Assembly: GCF_963921235.1 (NCBI RefSeq)
Contig: NC_086108.1
Span: 74,154,001 to 74,218,000, forward strand
DNA from: Mobula hypostoma
Lineage: Eukaryota
Length of the DNA: 64,000 bases
Reading direction: 5' to 3'
Shown: piece after piece, positions 33,501 through 48,500 of the stretch
How the letters are laid out: each line of letters opens with the position of its first letter
Numbering within the stretch: the first letter of the stretch is position 1
The notes under the pieces: model-generated
What the model saw: the letters and a program-made list of their open reading frames with translations, nothing else
Database searches by the model: none
What the model was told of the DNA's origin: nothing
Translations under genes and position numbers: made by a program

Positions 33501-36500
33501 TCTGTCCTTAACTAATTCTGGTCTTGGTTTTGGTCTTGCAATGTTCATGGTCCCCTTCATCATGACAGTAGCTTTCTCTCAGTTGTCCCTGCTGTCAGCT
33601 ATGCAAGCACCTGGTGGAGACTTGGGAATACTATCGCATGCAGATCTAGAAGGATTTTTCATTGCTGTTTGACCAGTCAGTGTTGTTAGCCCTGAGCTAA
33701 ACCCTGAACCTGGAGGACTGGTGGACCACCCTTAGTCTGGCACTACCCTTTGACCTGTTTGGCATGAGTGACCCTACCAAGAGCCAAAGCATAAAGCCTT
33801 GACTCCAACCAACATAGCTCTTTAAGGTGTACAAGCCTCCAAACCACAACAGGGGTATGGTCCTCTTGGAGGATCTGTAGAAAGAGAACCCAATCAATAT
33901 TTCAGGTCGAAGATCCTTCATCAAGAAGCAAGGAAGAGAGAAAGCAAGTTAGTTTAAGTAACAGAGAAAGTGGAAGGCATCGGGTGGAATAAAGGTGTCA
34001 GTAATACAGTGAAATGACAGTTTAGCTCCTTTGTGTAACATTTTGCTAATGTTGTGAAGTCTGGGTGATGCTTTCTGGTCTGGCTTACTAGTATATTCAG
34101 GGCAGACGAGAATATGCAAAAAAAAGGAGAGAGGAATGGCCAGTACTCTGTTTCATTAGGAGTTTGAAGAGATTTAGTTTGTCACCTAAAACACTCGAAA
34201 ACTTCTACAGATGTAACATTGAGAGGCTGCATCATTGTGTGGTATGGGGGTGGGTAGGGGGTGCTACTGCACAGGATTGAAAGAAGCTACAAAAAATTGT
34301 AAAACTAGTCAGCTCCATCATGGGTATGAATCTCCGTAGTAACCAAGACATGTTCAAGGAGCAGTGCGTCAGAAAGGCGACATCCATTATTAAGAACCCC
34401 CATCACCCAGGACATGCCCTCTTCTCATTGTTACCATCAGGAATGAGGTGCAGAAGCCTGAAGGCATACACTCAGAATTCAGTAACAGCTTCTTCCCCTC
34501 TGCCATCTGATTTCTAAATGAACATTGAACCTATGAACACTACCTCACTTATTTTTTATTTGTTTTTTTTGCACTATTTTTAATTTAGCTATTTAATATG
34601 CATGTAGTACTGTAATTGATTTATCTATTTATTTGTTTCTATATTTATCATGTATTGGTTTGTACTGCTGCCACTAAGTTAACAAATTTCACGACATATG
34701 CTGGTGATATTTAACTTGATTCTGAAATGAAAAGTAAGAGCAAGTTATCTAAGTTGAGAAATTCGCTAGTGAGCCCTGCAGACTGCGACATGCTCAGACA
34801 AAAGCTGAGTCATAGAGCAATACAGCATGGGTTCAGGCCCTTCAGCCTAATGGGCTTCGGCTCACTCAGCTCATCCCAGTTTCCTGCATTCAGCCCAAAC
34901 TGCCCAAAATGAGATCAAGTTCGTCGAGCTTGTAGTAGCCCATACATGAGCCAGAGAAGTCAGAGTGGAATGGTGAATAAAAATGGCAGCTTTCCATCTG
35001 TAGTGGGGTTGGGTCCAAAATTCACTGTCTGAAAGAGTGGCAAAGGCAGGATTGCTTACCATGTAAGGTCACATTTGGCTGTGTTGTTTAAAAGCTGTGA
35101 CATGGAGGTTGAGATAAGGTTGGGCAACTCCCCTGTGATCTACAGAACTGTGCAAAAGTCTTAGGCACATATACAGTATATAGCTAGGGTGCCTAAGACA
35201 TTTGCACAATACTGTATTTGTCAACATGGAGCGGAGAGCGAGTGTAAATCTGGCAGGAGCAAAGGATGTTGGAAATGGCGAGGGTGGATTGCTGCAGGAG
35301 TAGTGTGGGACAGGTGGCAGAGAAGGACTGCAATGGGCGAAGAATGGCACTTGTGCCTAAGCGCACAGCCCTAAGACACCAGTCAAGGTCATTTGATTCC
35401 AAACAATTGGTTTATTGATCATTAGAGAATGTCTCTTTGATACCTCCCTCTTCCTTCCCCCTTTCTCTGGCCCCTTTCAGTCCACAATAGAGACCCATTA
35501 TCAGAATCACGTTTATCATCACTCATATATGACCTAATTTTTTTTGCAGCAGGACAGTGCAATACATAAAATTACTACAGTACTGTGCAGAAGTCTTAGG
35601 CACCCTAGCAATGTGTTTGTGCCTGAGACTTTCGCACAGTTCTGTTCACAGTTCATAATGTTAACATGCTTCTGTAGTCAATACACTTGTACATTTTTGG
35701 ATGACAGAAATTTAGTTATCCTGTAAGCCTGTTTGAATATGGTATTTTGCATATTAGCAAATTTGATTGGATAATTCCATCCATAAGTCCACATTTGAAT
35801 CTTTCTGTCAGCGTGTGATCCAAGAATTACAATGTTGTGATGTTTTTCATTACAATTACTCCATCGCTGATCAATTCCCCTGACTTCTGATAGTGGTCCT
35901 GCACTTGCATCACTACATAATTTCTGATGGCTAAGGGTTTGAAGTGATTTTGCAGCTTTTCTGCTATTTTGTTAAATGAGACATTGAATGTAGTAGAAGA
36001 TTCAGTTGATTTGCGAGCATCAGAAATTATTGGGCTCTCTTTCTTCTAAAAGGATCACATTGCATTCATGTATGGCCTTATGGGAGAATCTCTATTGATG
36101 TCTTCAATTTCAGTAATGTTTTTGGCCTAGGAAAATAACTCAGTCTTTTTACTATATGAACTGCAAGGCAGTACTTTGTTGTAGGCTCTGAAATAGATAT
36201 TGCCTTCAGGGACTGGTTTGCTATATTGTATTGTCAACTGCTCTGACAGTTCTGAAGCAAGTATTTTACGAGCAATCAATTTTGTGTTTGTTACTATGTT
36301 TTTGCATGCTCACCTCACCACTTTAACTTGGCATGAGTGAGTTTTTCATATGTGAGAAGATAATTCTTATTGAGATTTAACTTGTCACTTGATGTTCATT
36401 GTCCTTTATTTTGAAATCCGTATTACCAATGCAGAACATGCATTCTCTGTGGTTTTCTATTATCAAACTAAATCCAGTTTCAGAATGGGCGGAAAATACA

Positions 36501-39500
36501 TAAGAATTTCATGGAGGTTAAAGCAAACTATATTCTTTTTCGAGAGCTTTTCACCAACTATCACTGAAATATTCTATGAAACCTAGTTGTACTGCAGTTA
36601 GTTGTGACACAATCTAAAAGAAAAAAAGCCTCAAAAGCAAAAGTAGCAGTTATTGTTTGTAAAAAATAGTGTACGTACTAAAGCTGTGAAGAAATTTGAA
36701 TTTCCTTAAGTTGCAAAAATTGCCTTGTAAGTGAAGGCCATTCCTTCACTGTGCACAGGCAGGAATGCTAACATTTACAGCAGAGATACAGCGTGAAAGA
36801 GTTCCTTCCAGCCCAAATAGCCACACCATCACACAGACCACCCATTTAGCACTAGCCTAATCACAGGACAATTTACAATGGCCAATTAGTTTACTAACCA
36901 GTACCTCTTTGAAACTAGAGCACCTGGAGAAACCCACGTGACGTGGTTAGCAAGGTGAATGTATGCGGCAGAACTCTGAAATGCCTCGAGCTGTAATAAC
37001 AACGCGCTAACTCCTATGCTACCATGGCACCCTATCTTCCCATCAGATATCAAATCAAAGTGCTAACTAAAATAGTCGTGTTTTTACTGTTAGATATTTT
37101 TTATCAAATACTATTATTAATGCATTTGAATTGCTTCTTTTGTTTCAGTTTGCTCTACTGGTGCACTGTAAGTGCATTTTAGACACAAGGTCTCTCATCT
37201 TCCCCACCCAACTACCTTCTCCTTCATCCTCAGCCAATGTCTGCTGTTAATGTGAAACTGGAATCTGTCTTTGGTAATTGGCAACATTACTATTATTCCG
37301 CCATTTATGTGTAAGGCCTGGTGCCAGGCAAATAACCTCTTCCTCAATGTCAACAAGACAAAGGAGGTGGTTATCAACTTCAGAAAAACTCATACTACTC
37401 ACACCTTTCTTCACATTGGCAGCACAGCAGTGGAAACTCCTGGGAGTGCGCATCTCACACAACCTCTTACAGTCCCAGAACACACCCTCCTCAGTCAAGA
37501 AAGTTCACCAACACCCCTACTTTGTGAGGAACCTGAAGAGTGCTGAACTCTGCATATCAGTACTCAGGACCTTCTATGGATGCTCAGTTGAGAGCATTCT
37601 GAAATGCTGCGTCACTGTGTGGTATGAAAACTGCGCTGCAACAGTTAGGAGGGCTCTACAGTGGGTAGTTAAATCTGCCCAACGCATCATTGGCAACAGT
37701 CTACCCACCACCAAGGGCATATATATAGAAAGGTGCTGGGAAAAAAGGTAGCAATATCATGAAGGATCCCAATCACCCAGCTCATCGACTGTTGGTCCCA
37801 CTCCCACCAGGGGAGAGGCTACTCAGAATCCATGCCAGGATCATCAGATTCAAAAACAGTTACTTCCCCAAGCCAATCAACATGTCCAATCATTAACCCA
37901 CCAAATATTGCTGACCTACCACCATTTTATCAATTCCTTTCAGAGTCACCTTACATACAGATACTTCTGAACCTAGAGTCACTTTATTTACATACAATAT
38001 ATGTATATAAAAAAAGATGGTATTATTTATTTTTTGTGTTTTCATTGCATTCTTTATCTGGAGTAACAATCATTTCATTCTTATTTACCCTTCTATATTG
38101 TCATTCTTAAGTATACAACTTTGGATCTTGAATCTGAAATTATTGTAATATCCCTGTAAAAGAATTGACATAAGAACATAAAAAATAGGAGCAGGAGTAG
38201 GCCATCCGGCCCATCGAGCCTGCCCCGCCATTCAATAAGATCATGGCTGATCTGTCCGTAAACTCAGCTCCATCTACCTGCCTTTTCCCCATAACCCTTA
38301 ATTCCCTTACTAGTAAAAACCTATCTAACTGTTTCTTAAATATATCTAGTGAGGAAGCCTCAACTACTTCCCTGGGCAGAGAATTTCACAGATTCACTGC
38401 TCTCTGGGAAAAACAGTTTCTCCTCATCTCTGTCCTAAACCTTCTCCCCTGAATCTTGAGGCAATGTGCCCTAGTTCTAGTCTCACTCACCAATGGAAAC
38501 AACTTTCCTACTTCTATCTTATCTATCTCTTTCAAAATAGAACATAGAACATAGAATAGTACAGCACATTACAGGCCCTTTGGCCCACAATGTTGTGCCG
38601 ACCCTCAAACAAAAATTTTGTATGTTTCTATTCATTCTTCTGAACTCCAGAGAGTATAGTCCCAGGTAACTCAATCTCTCCTCATAGGTTAACCCCTTCA
38701 TCCCTGGAATCAACTCCTCTGCACTGCCTCCAAAGCCAGTATATCCTTCTTCTAGTATGGAGACCAGAACTGCACGCAGTACTCCAGGTGCGGCCTCACC
38801 AATATCCTGTGTAGTTGCAGCATGACCTCCCTGCTCTTGAATTCAATCTCTCTAGCAATGAAGGCCAACATTCTGTTTGCCTTCTTAATAACCTGTTGAC
38901 CAGCAAGCCAACTTTTTGCGATGAACAAGCACTCCCATGTCCCTCTGCACAACAGCATTGCTGCAATCTTTCACCATTTAAGTAATACTCTGCTCTTCTA
39001 TTATTCCTTCCAAAGTGGATAATCTCACATTTAATAACTCCTAATACAGGAATATTGAATCCAATTGGAAAGTATCCCATGGATACTTCAGAGCAGTGTC
39101 TCAAAAAGGCAGCGTCCATTATTAAGGACCTCCAGCACCCAGGGTTTGCTCTTTTCTCACTGTTACCATCAAGTAGGAGGTACAGAAGCCTGAAGGCACA
39201 CACTCAGCGATTCAGGAACAGCTTCTTCCCTTCTGCCATCCGATTCCTAAAATGGACACTACCTCACTTTTTTTAAGATATAGTATTTCTGTTTTTTGCA
39301 TGTTTTTAAAAAATCTATTCAATATGCATATACTGAAATTGATTTACTTGTGTATTTATTATTATTTTTGTTTTCTTTTCCTTCTATATTATGTATTGCA
39401 TTGAACTGCTGCTAAGTTAACAAATTTCACATCACATGCTGCTGATAATAGACCTGATTCATACCTAAATCATTCCTTTGATCTTGTGGTCTCTAGGATG

Positions 39501-42500
39501 TGATGCATTTACCAGTTGAGTGAAATGAGCCTCAATTCAATTAAATTTATTAATTTTATTAATTATTAAAATAAAAACTTTATGCATTAGAACTTGGTTG
39601 CTTTCCTGTCCTATTCCATCCAACTACAAGTTTATTATTCTTCATGAGGTCTCTCTTTAGCATACCCACCCACTCCTTGTGCAACATATTTAATTAAAGA
39701 TGATGATGTAACTATCTGTGTACAATTTGAATTGCCTTGAAAATGTTGTAACCCAACTTTAGGCAATTCGGATCATGTGTGGATGGTTACATTTTGGTTC
39801 TTGGATTTACGCTGTTACTTACATTAGGGTATTTAATTAGTTAGAAACAGCCCAATTTTAGGCCGCTTGTACTTAATTAAATATCCAAATCTGAGTAATG
39901 AAAAAAACAAGAAACAAATGTCTTTAACATTGACATCAATGAACTCATTACCGACTGGTTTAATCTGTCTGGGTTTACAAGTTGCAACATGCATGCCTGA
40001 ACTAGTTTTGAGTATGCGTTGAAGGCTTTAGTATTATATTTAATGCAAATTTTTTTTCACACCACCAGGCATTTCTGATTTTAGTCTACGAGTTGCTCTG
40101 CAAAAGTTGCTGGAGGAATACAGGGAAGTCACTAAACCTCAGAAAGAGATCAAGTTTGGAAAAATGCCTCCTGCATCAAAGATTCGTCCTCGGAGGAAAG
40201 CCCGGAAGTTCCTCTATGCCATAGGTTACCAGCTTTACTATCATTTCTGTAGTCAAATGTAAAAACATTTCAATGGCCAATGTCACATCATGCCAGGGTG
40301 CAATTGATAAATTGCCACACTTACAATGTTAGAGGGAGAAGTGTTGATGGTATTTGGAGATCAGGCCCGAATGAACAATTACATGTGTCAAAGACATATA
40401 CAGCCCTTTACCCACCAAATCCATGTGGAACTTCAACCACTCTTTTGATTTTAATGTGACTAGAAGTAGGATACCTGAAAATGCAGCAGCTGAAAATTGA
40501 TTCATCAGGATTATATATAGTAACCATTTAATTGAACTTTTGTTTGTACACTTCTCAGGCTGGGTTGCATCTGTAGGAATATTGGCTTTGTTTTTCTTCT
40601 TACAGATGGGGCCTGGTTTGCAGTGCATTTCCAGAATTTTCTAGGTTATTTTGGTTAAGATTACCAATATTTGCAGTTTTTTTGAAATTTTCACTTGTAC
40701 ATTGATGTTGTGCATTCATCATTAAACACAACCAAATATTCTTTTTTTTCCTGAAATTTCTTAAATTGTCTTATGATAAGTGATCTGCTCTATTATTTGA
40801 TTTCTCAGATCTGGAAACAGCATTTCCAACAATAATTACTTTTAAAGTCATGGAGCACACAAACTGGCCTTTTGGCCTATATGGTCTATGCCAAGCTGTG
40901 ATTCTGCATCATTCTTATCAACCTGTACTTGGACCATAGCCCTCCATTCCCTTCCCATCCACGTACTTACCCAAATTTCTCTTAAATATTGCTATCGAAC
41001 TGCATCTACCATTTCCACTTGCAACTCCTTCCACATTTCACCTTTCACCCTTAACCTGTGATCTCCAGTTCTGGTCTCATCCAACCTTAGTGAAAAAGGT
41101 CTTCATGCATTTACCTATCTATACCCCTCATAATTTTGTATACCTTTGTTAATTCTCACCTTATTCTTCTATGCTCTAGGGAATAGAGTCCTAACCATTT
41201 CAACCTTTCCCTTGAACTCTGGTCCTCAAGTCCCAGCAACATATTATAAATTTTCTCTGTACTCTTTCACTCTTATTGATATCTTTCCTGTAGATAGGTG
41301 ACCAGAACAGTAAACAATATTTCAAATTTGGCCTCACCAACATCTTATTCAACTTCAACGTAACATGCCAGCTCCTGTACTTTGACTTAGGAAGGCCGCT
41401 ATGCAAAATGCTCTCCTTTCGACCTTATCTACCTGTGATGGCACCTTCAAGGAATTATGGATCTGTATTGCCAGATTCCTTTGTTCTACCGCACTGCTCA
41501 GTGCCCCACCGTTCACTGTGCAAAGCATATCCTCATTTGTCCTCCCGAAGTGCAAACACCTTACACTTAACTGCATTAAAGTCTGTCTTGCTTTTTTCAT
41601 CCCATTTTTCCAGCTGATCTAGATCCAACTTCAAACCTTGATAGCTTTCCTCAAAGTCCACTACACCCCTTATCTTAGTGCCATCTGCAAATTTGCTGAT
41701 CCAGTTTACCAATTATCAGATCAATTATCATCTGATCCCTGAGGCACATTGCTAGTTACAGGCCTCCAGTCAGAGAGGCAACCATCTACTACTACACCGT
41801 TGCTTCTCCTGCAAAGCCAATGTTGAATCCAGTTTACTATTTCATCCTATACGCCAAGCAACTGAACCTTCTGGAGTGGTTCCTGGGAGGCCTTTGTCAA
41901 AGGCCTTGCTGAAGTCTATGTAGACAACATCGGCTACCTTTTCTCTATCTACTTTCCTGATAACCATAAGACCATAAGACAAAGGAGCAGAAGTCAGCCA
42001 TTTGGCCCATCGAATCTGCTCTGCCATTTTATCATGAGCTGATCCATTCTCCCATTTAGTCCCACTCCCCCACCTTCTCACCATAACCTTTGATGCCCTG
42101 GCTACTCAGATACCCATCAATCTCTGCCTTAAGTACACCCAGTGACTTGGCCTCCACTGCTGCCCGTGGCAACAAATTCCATAGATTCACCACCCTCTGA
42201 CTAAAAAAATTTCTTCGCATTTCTGTTCTGAATGAGCGCCCTTCAATCCTTAAGTCATGCCCTCTTGTACTAGACTCCCCCATCATGGGAAACAACTTTA
42301 CCACATCCACTCTGTCCATGCCTTGCCTTTCAACATTCAAAATGTTTCTCATTCTTCTAAACTCCAAGGAATACAGTCCAAGAGCGGACAAACGTTCCTC
42401 ATATATTAACCCTCTCATTCCCGGAATCATTCTGGTGAATTTTCTCTGTACCCTCTCCAACGTCAGCACATCCTTTCTTAAATAAGGAGACCAAAACTGC

Positions 42501-45500
42501 CTATGGTACTCCAAGTGAGGTCTCACCAGTGCCTTATAGAGCCTCAACATCATATCCCTGCTCCTATACTCTATTCCTCTAGAAATAAATGCCAACATTG
42601 CATTCACCTTCTTCACCACCGACTCAACCTGGAGGTTAACCTTCAGGGTATCCTGTATGATGACTCCCAAGTCCTGTTGCCCCTCAGAACTTTGAATTCT
42701 TTCCCCATTTAAATAATAGTCTGCCCATTTATTTCTTCTGCCAAAGTGCATAACCATACACTTTACAACATTGTATTTCATTTGCCACTTCTTTGCCCAT
42801 TCTTCCAATCTATCCAAGTCTCTCTGCAGACTCTCCGTTTCCTCAGCACTACCGGCCCCTCCACCTATCTTCGTATCGTCAGCAAACTTAGCCACAAAGC
42901 CATCTATTCCATAATCCAAATCATTGATGTACAATGTAAAAAGAAGCGGCCCCAACCCGGACCCCTGTGGAACACCACTGGTAACCGGCAGCCAACCAGA
43001 ATAGGATCCCTTTATTCCCACTCTCTGTTTCTTGCCAATCAGCCAACCCTCTACCCACGTATGTAACTTTCCCGTAATAACCTCCTTGAAAATCTCTATA
43101 AGATTGGTTAAACATGACCTACCATGCACAAAACTACGTGGATGATCCCTAATCTAGCCCTGTCTATGCAAATACTTATATATCCTGTCATTTAGCATAG
43201 CTTCCAATAATTTACCCACTGCTGATGTCAGATTCATTTTCTGGCTTATTTTTAGAACCTTTCTTGAACAATGGAACAACATTAGCTATCCTCTAGTCCT
43301 CTTGTCACCTCACCCGTAGCTAAGGATATTTTAAATAGCTCTGCTAGGGCTTCTGTAATTTCTGTAGTAGCCTCCCACAAGGTCCAAGCGGACATCTCAT
43401 CAGGTCCTGGGAAATTATCCACTTTATTTTGCGTCAGGACATTAAGCACCTCTCTTCTGTAATCCTGTTACAGTCCATAACGTCACCGCTGTTTTAACTG
43501 TTCCAGACTCCGTGTCCATCTTAGTTCAAAATGTCCATTCAAGGTCTCCCCTTTCCCTTTCCACTCCATGCCTGGATGAACTAAAATATGAATCAAGTTT
43601 CAACAAAGCACCTTTGTTTGATCTTTAATTTTTTAGTGGGGAAGAGCTCAGGAATTGGGTAAGTTTTAGTAATATTCAGTTGTTTTTTTTTATCTAGTAG
43701 TTATGTATGTAGAATAATTAAATGATGATCAAAAGCATTCTCCCCATCCCCCTCAACTAAGACCAGTGTCTTATTTCTGTGAAGGTGCAAACAAAAATGG
43801 AGTTCCAATCCTCATTAACCTGACATAACTGTCAGATATTAATCTAGAAATCTCATCCTTTTGTTGATATGAATCCTTCCATTTTGTAGTAGTATTATTC
43901 ACATTTCAAATGAGTCATCTCCAGAAGCAAATACTTTTTCACAAGTTTGTGTCAGATTTTCACATTTTATTGTCTTGAAGAGTAGTGATGTCTGAACAAA
44001 ATTACTGGTACTTGCCATATAAACCATGAAAAACAAGAAATTATAACTTGCTTTTTGCTTCTCTTTTAATTCACTGAATGAGGTGTTTTATTTATAAATG
44101 TATATTTGGAAAATGATATTGTCATGAAAAGTAATTGCAATAACATCTTGTTTCAGTAACATCAAGGTGCAGTCAGAAGTTTGAAACATTAGATTCAGAT
44201 TTTCAGATTAATATACACCGGGGTGCAATGAAATTCTTTGCTCACGTGAAGCTTACAGAGTAAACAGAAAACATAGTAATAATTATACAACAATTTATGG
44301 CAAAAGTGCACAACAACACAATGGTGCAATAGTTTTAGTGAAATCTGAAGTACTGCAGAAAGAAATTCTGAAGTAACATAACCAAGGGAGGTAGAGTTAG
44401 TTTGAGAACATGGCAACAGATCGGTGGTGTGAAAGAGATGATTGGTTCAGAAGCCCTTTTGTTATTTTGCAACTAGTCATGATCAACACACCTTGTCACT
44501 AACATACTGTGTTTTATCACGAGAATCTAAGCCACTGACTTTCATTTGAGAATTTAAACTTAACATGACAGTTTTCATGGTATTTTTTAAAGTTTCATTT
44601 GATTATTAAATAGAATAATTTAAATATTGAATATGTTTCTGGGTCTTTAAAAAAATAGTCTAGTTGTCCAGTTAGTACATAGAAATTGGTTTTAAAACAC
44701 TTACAGAAGTGAAACTCTGTAAAGAATCTGACTGGGATTTGTTTATATGTTTAATTTCTTTCTTTGATTTTGCAAGGTGGTTACACACGGCTTCAGGGAG
44801 GTCGGTGGAGTGATAGCAGAACTCTTAGCTGTGTGGAACGTTTTGATTCGTTCAGTCAATATTGGACCACAGTGTCATCACTCCACCAAGCTAGAAGTGG
44901 GCTGGGTGTTGCAGTACTCGAAGGAATGATCTATGTAATAGGTGGTAAGTACCGTTATAATGTTCCCTTTGGAACAACAACAACAACAATATTTCCACAT
45001 GTAGAATATGGTTTCTATAAAGTTTCTATGTACGTGCTCAAATTGTGAGATGTCAGCAGGGTACTCTATTTCTGACCTGTGGCAGAAATGCATTTTCTTC
45101 TTTCTTGCCATAGCTGATATTTCAAGGAGTTTGAACAGATAATACCTAAAAATCTTCTGTACTCTGTTTTTTTTTCATATAGTCATTGATTTTTCCAGCT
45201 AATTCGTTGTTTCTGGTAATTGTGATGTCCATGTTTCACAGGTTGGTGGGGGAAATTAGTCTTTTAGAAAGTTTCCAGTGAGTACCAGAACCACTAAAAT
45301 CACTTGTCAGAAAATGGGTACTTGGGGGAATTTGAGGTGCTGTGGGCAAAAAATTAAGTTACTTTGGTACTGTTTTAATTTCTGTTCCATCAAAGATTAA
45401 AAGCAATATTGTTTATATTTTTGATTGGTCAAAATTCTGTTATTTCATAAAAATGGACATTTTAAATAGTTGCTTAACTTTACCATAAAGTCAAAAGAAA

Positions 45501-48500
45501 CAGATTACATTTTTAATTATATTGAAGAGGATAGGCTATAAAAAGCAGTGTGATTAGCTATACTAGGTATGTTTAAAGGTTCAAAGGTTCATCTATTATC
45601 AAGTTATACAACTCTGAAATTCTTCTTCTCCAGATAGCCATAAAGAAAAGAAAGGCAGCACAATCATCAACTCCTAAATCCCTTCTCCCCGCACAAAAAA
45701 AAACAAAATTGGAACAGACATATCGACCCCCCAAACTCCCCTCCCCCGCACATAGAAAATAAATGAGAAAGCTCAGGTGAAAAGACAAAGAATACAAAAA
45801 AAATTATAAGACTAAAAAAAGTCCACATCCAAAATGCAAAAAACTTGGGCAACATTCTCCCTCTCTGTTGCACAGCAATCTCACCAGCGATAAAAACACA
45901 GTCTGCTCTCTTTGTAGCGGAGTGATCTCACCAATGATAAAAGGCAGTCTCCTTTCTCCATATCAGAGCGATCTCACCAGCACTAAAAAGGCAGTCTCCA
46001 CTCTTTGTGCAGGAATGGGCCTTCTCACCACGAGGTTTCTGCACACTGCCTCTGCCTCCCGGAATCCTCTTGGAGACTGCAGAGCGCTGAAACATCTAAG
46101 CAATCTCCAAACTGCAAATCACTGGCTCTAACAGTTCCAGAATCACATTCAATATGAAAAACAAATGTAAATGACATAAAAGACGTGAAATATATGGCTT
46201 CATGATTTATCTGAATGTGATGCATTAATAATTTTTTAAGGTGAAAGTGATTCCATGATTTTCGACTGTACTGAGCGATATGATCCAGTTACTAAGCAAT
46301 GGGCAGCAGTGGCCTCAATGAATTTTCCTCGATGTGGACTTGCTGTATGTGCCTGTCATGCTACTATTTATGCGCTAGGTAAGAATGCAAACTCATGTTT
46401 TACAGTTACTTTATAAAACTACAATAAAAGTAAATCATTGATAATGCAGAACTAGTGCAATGAAATATCCTTTCATTGTGATTAAAAATATCTTTATTCA
46501 GTTTTGTTTACTGCCATAAGTTACAATATAACCATGTCAACTTTGTAAATTGCATAGATTGGCAAGTAATCGCACTGGCTAATATTAGATGGCATATATG
46601 GGATCTTCAGTGATAATTTGTTTCAAATTTTCAGCTAAACCACAGCCAAATTGAAATGACCTGACATTTTCTGTTGTAAATATTTTCTCTTAATTGCAGG
46701 AATATGTAATTTAACACTGTTTCTTTTGTGAGTCTAACTTAATAAAAAAAGCTAATAGGGAGTCAGATGAACACTGAGGTGCAAATACCATTCAGACCTC
46801 AAGACTGATATGATCAAAAGGGGTGCAGGCTGTCCACAATAAACAATGAAGTTGTGAATTGAAAACATTAAAAATCACATGAAGACTTTATTAAGAAAAT
46901 TTAAAAATGTAATATTTTAATTCTGCTAATTAACAAGTGTTTTGAGTGAGGTGTGTTAACAATGTAACATTTTTAAGAAATCTCCAAATCTTTTCACGCA
47001 GTGTGCATCTATTAATTATTTACAGGAGGTTGGGTTGGAGCAGATATTGGGAAGACTATGGAAAGATTTGATCCTTCTGAGAATAAGTGGGAAGTTGTTG
47101 GCGAAATGGTTATCCCTCGATACTTCTTTGGTTGTTGTGAAATGCAAGGTATGGTATGATCTCCCAGGATATAATTTCTTGTGGGTGTGAACAAATGGGT
47201 TTTAATGGCATTTTCTGCTTAGGTACAATAGATTTTTACTGATTTTTAAAAATTTTCCTCCCTTCCTTCCAGCCACCTTTTACCTAAGCTAAAATACAAA
47301 CAGGTCCTTCTTGATTCTGAGGGATTGGGTATGAAGTGAAGATAAAACTCACTTAAATGTAAAAATAATTAGAACAATCCTCCATCACGTTCGCATTCGA
47401 GCAAACTACATTTCATGAATGCAAAGCCTATTTCATTAGGATTGATGATTAATTTCATAAAAATAAATGGAAACAAATGATCAACATGCTAGAAATATCT
47501 GTAATTGCTCCACAGGCTTCATTTATATTGTTGGAGGTTTAAGTGACGCGGGGTCAGAGCTCTCTTCAGCTGAAATGTTTGATCCTATTACAAAACGCTG
47601 GACAACATTAGACAGTATGAAAACAAGAAGAGCTTATGTTGGAGTAGCTGCTCTGAATGACTGTATTTACGCTGTTGGAGGGTGGAATGAGACTCAAAAT
47701 GCTTTGCGTACAGTTGAAAAGTATTCCCTTCAGGAGGTGAGTGTGATTTGCTTATTATTAAGTATGATAACATTGTATTCCCAAAGAAGAAAGATAAAAT
47801 TATGTTACATATTGTTTGGTAAGATCACAGTAAGTAAATACAGTATTTAGTGCAGTACTGTTAGGATTCACTAAGGCTGTTTTTTTAATGTCTCTGGCCC
47901 CATTCTAGCAGAAGCCATTTTGTGAGTATGAAAACAGGGCCTAATAGCAGAAATAGGAAGCCCCAGTTTAAAATATTAATTGGCGTTAGAGGGTGCTCTC
48001 AAGTTGTGCTTCTGCTTTGCTATCTTGCTTTGTTAGCTGCCCTCAAAATCTCTTCATCTTGTCAAGTCCTTCAAGGACCAGCATCATCGTCTACTTTGAT
48101 GGGTTGAAATTAAGGCAGGTGCTCAAGAATGTTCCCTTGGTCTCCGTAATGTACCTACTGAACGTACAACTATTGAGGGATTAAAACTACTTTCCATGCA
48201 TTACAAGTTCTGCAGGTATCTTTTTGTGGCTCAGCAAGTGCATTGGACAGAGCAATTCAGCATTTGCTGTATATATGGATATAGGAAGAAAGAGAAGAGA
48301 AATTGCCTTTAAACTCACAAGAGAGCATAGGCCATCAACTTTTTGCTGTTGATGTCTCTGTAGCAGGCAATTTATTTTTTACGAGGTCGAGTTGCTAGCT
48401 CGACACTCAACCCAGCACGGATGGAAAACCGTGCCTGGGGGGCCGGCTGGGTTCGAACTTGGGAGTCTTTGCTCCGAAGTCCGGTGCTGATGCCACTACG

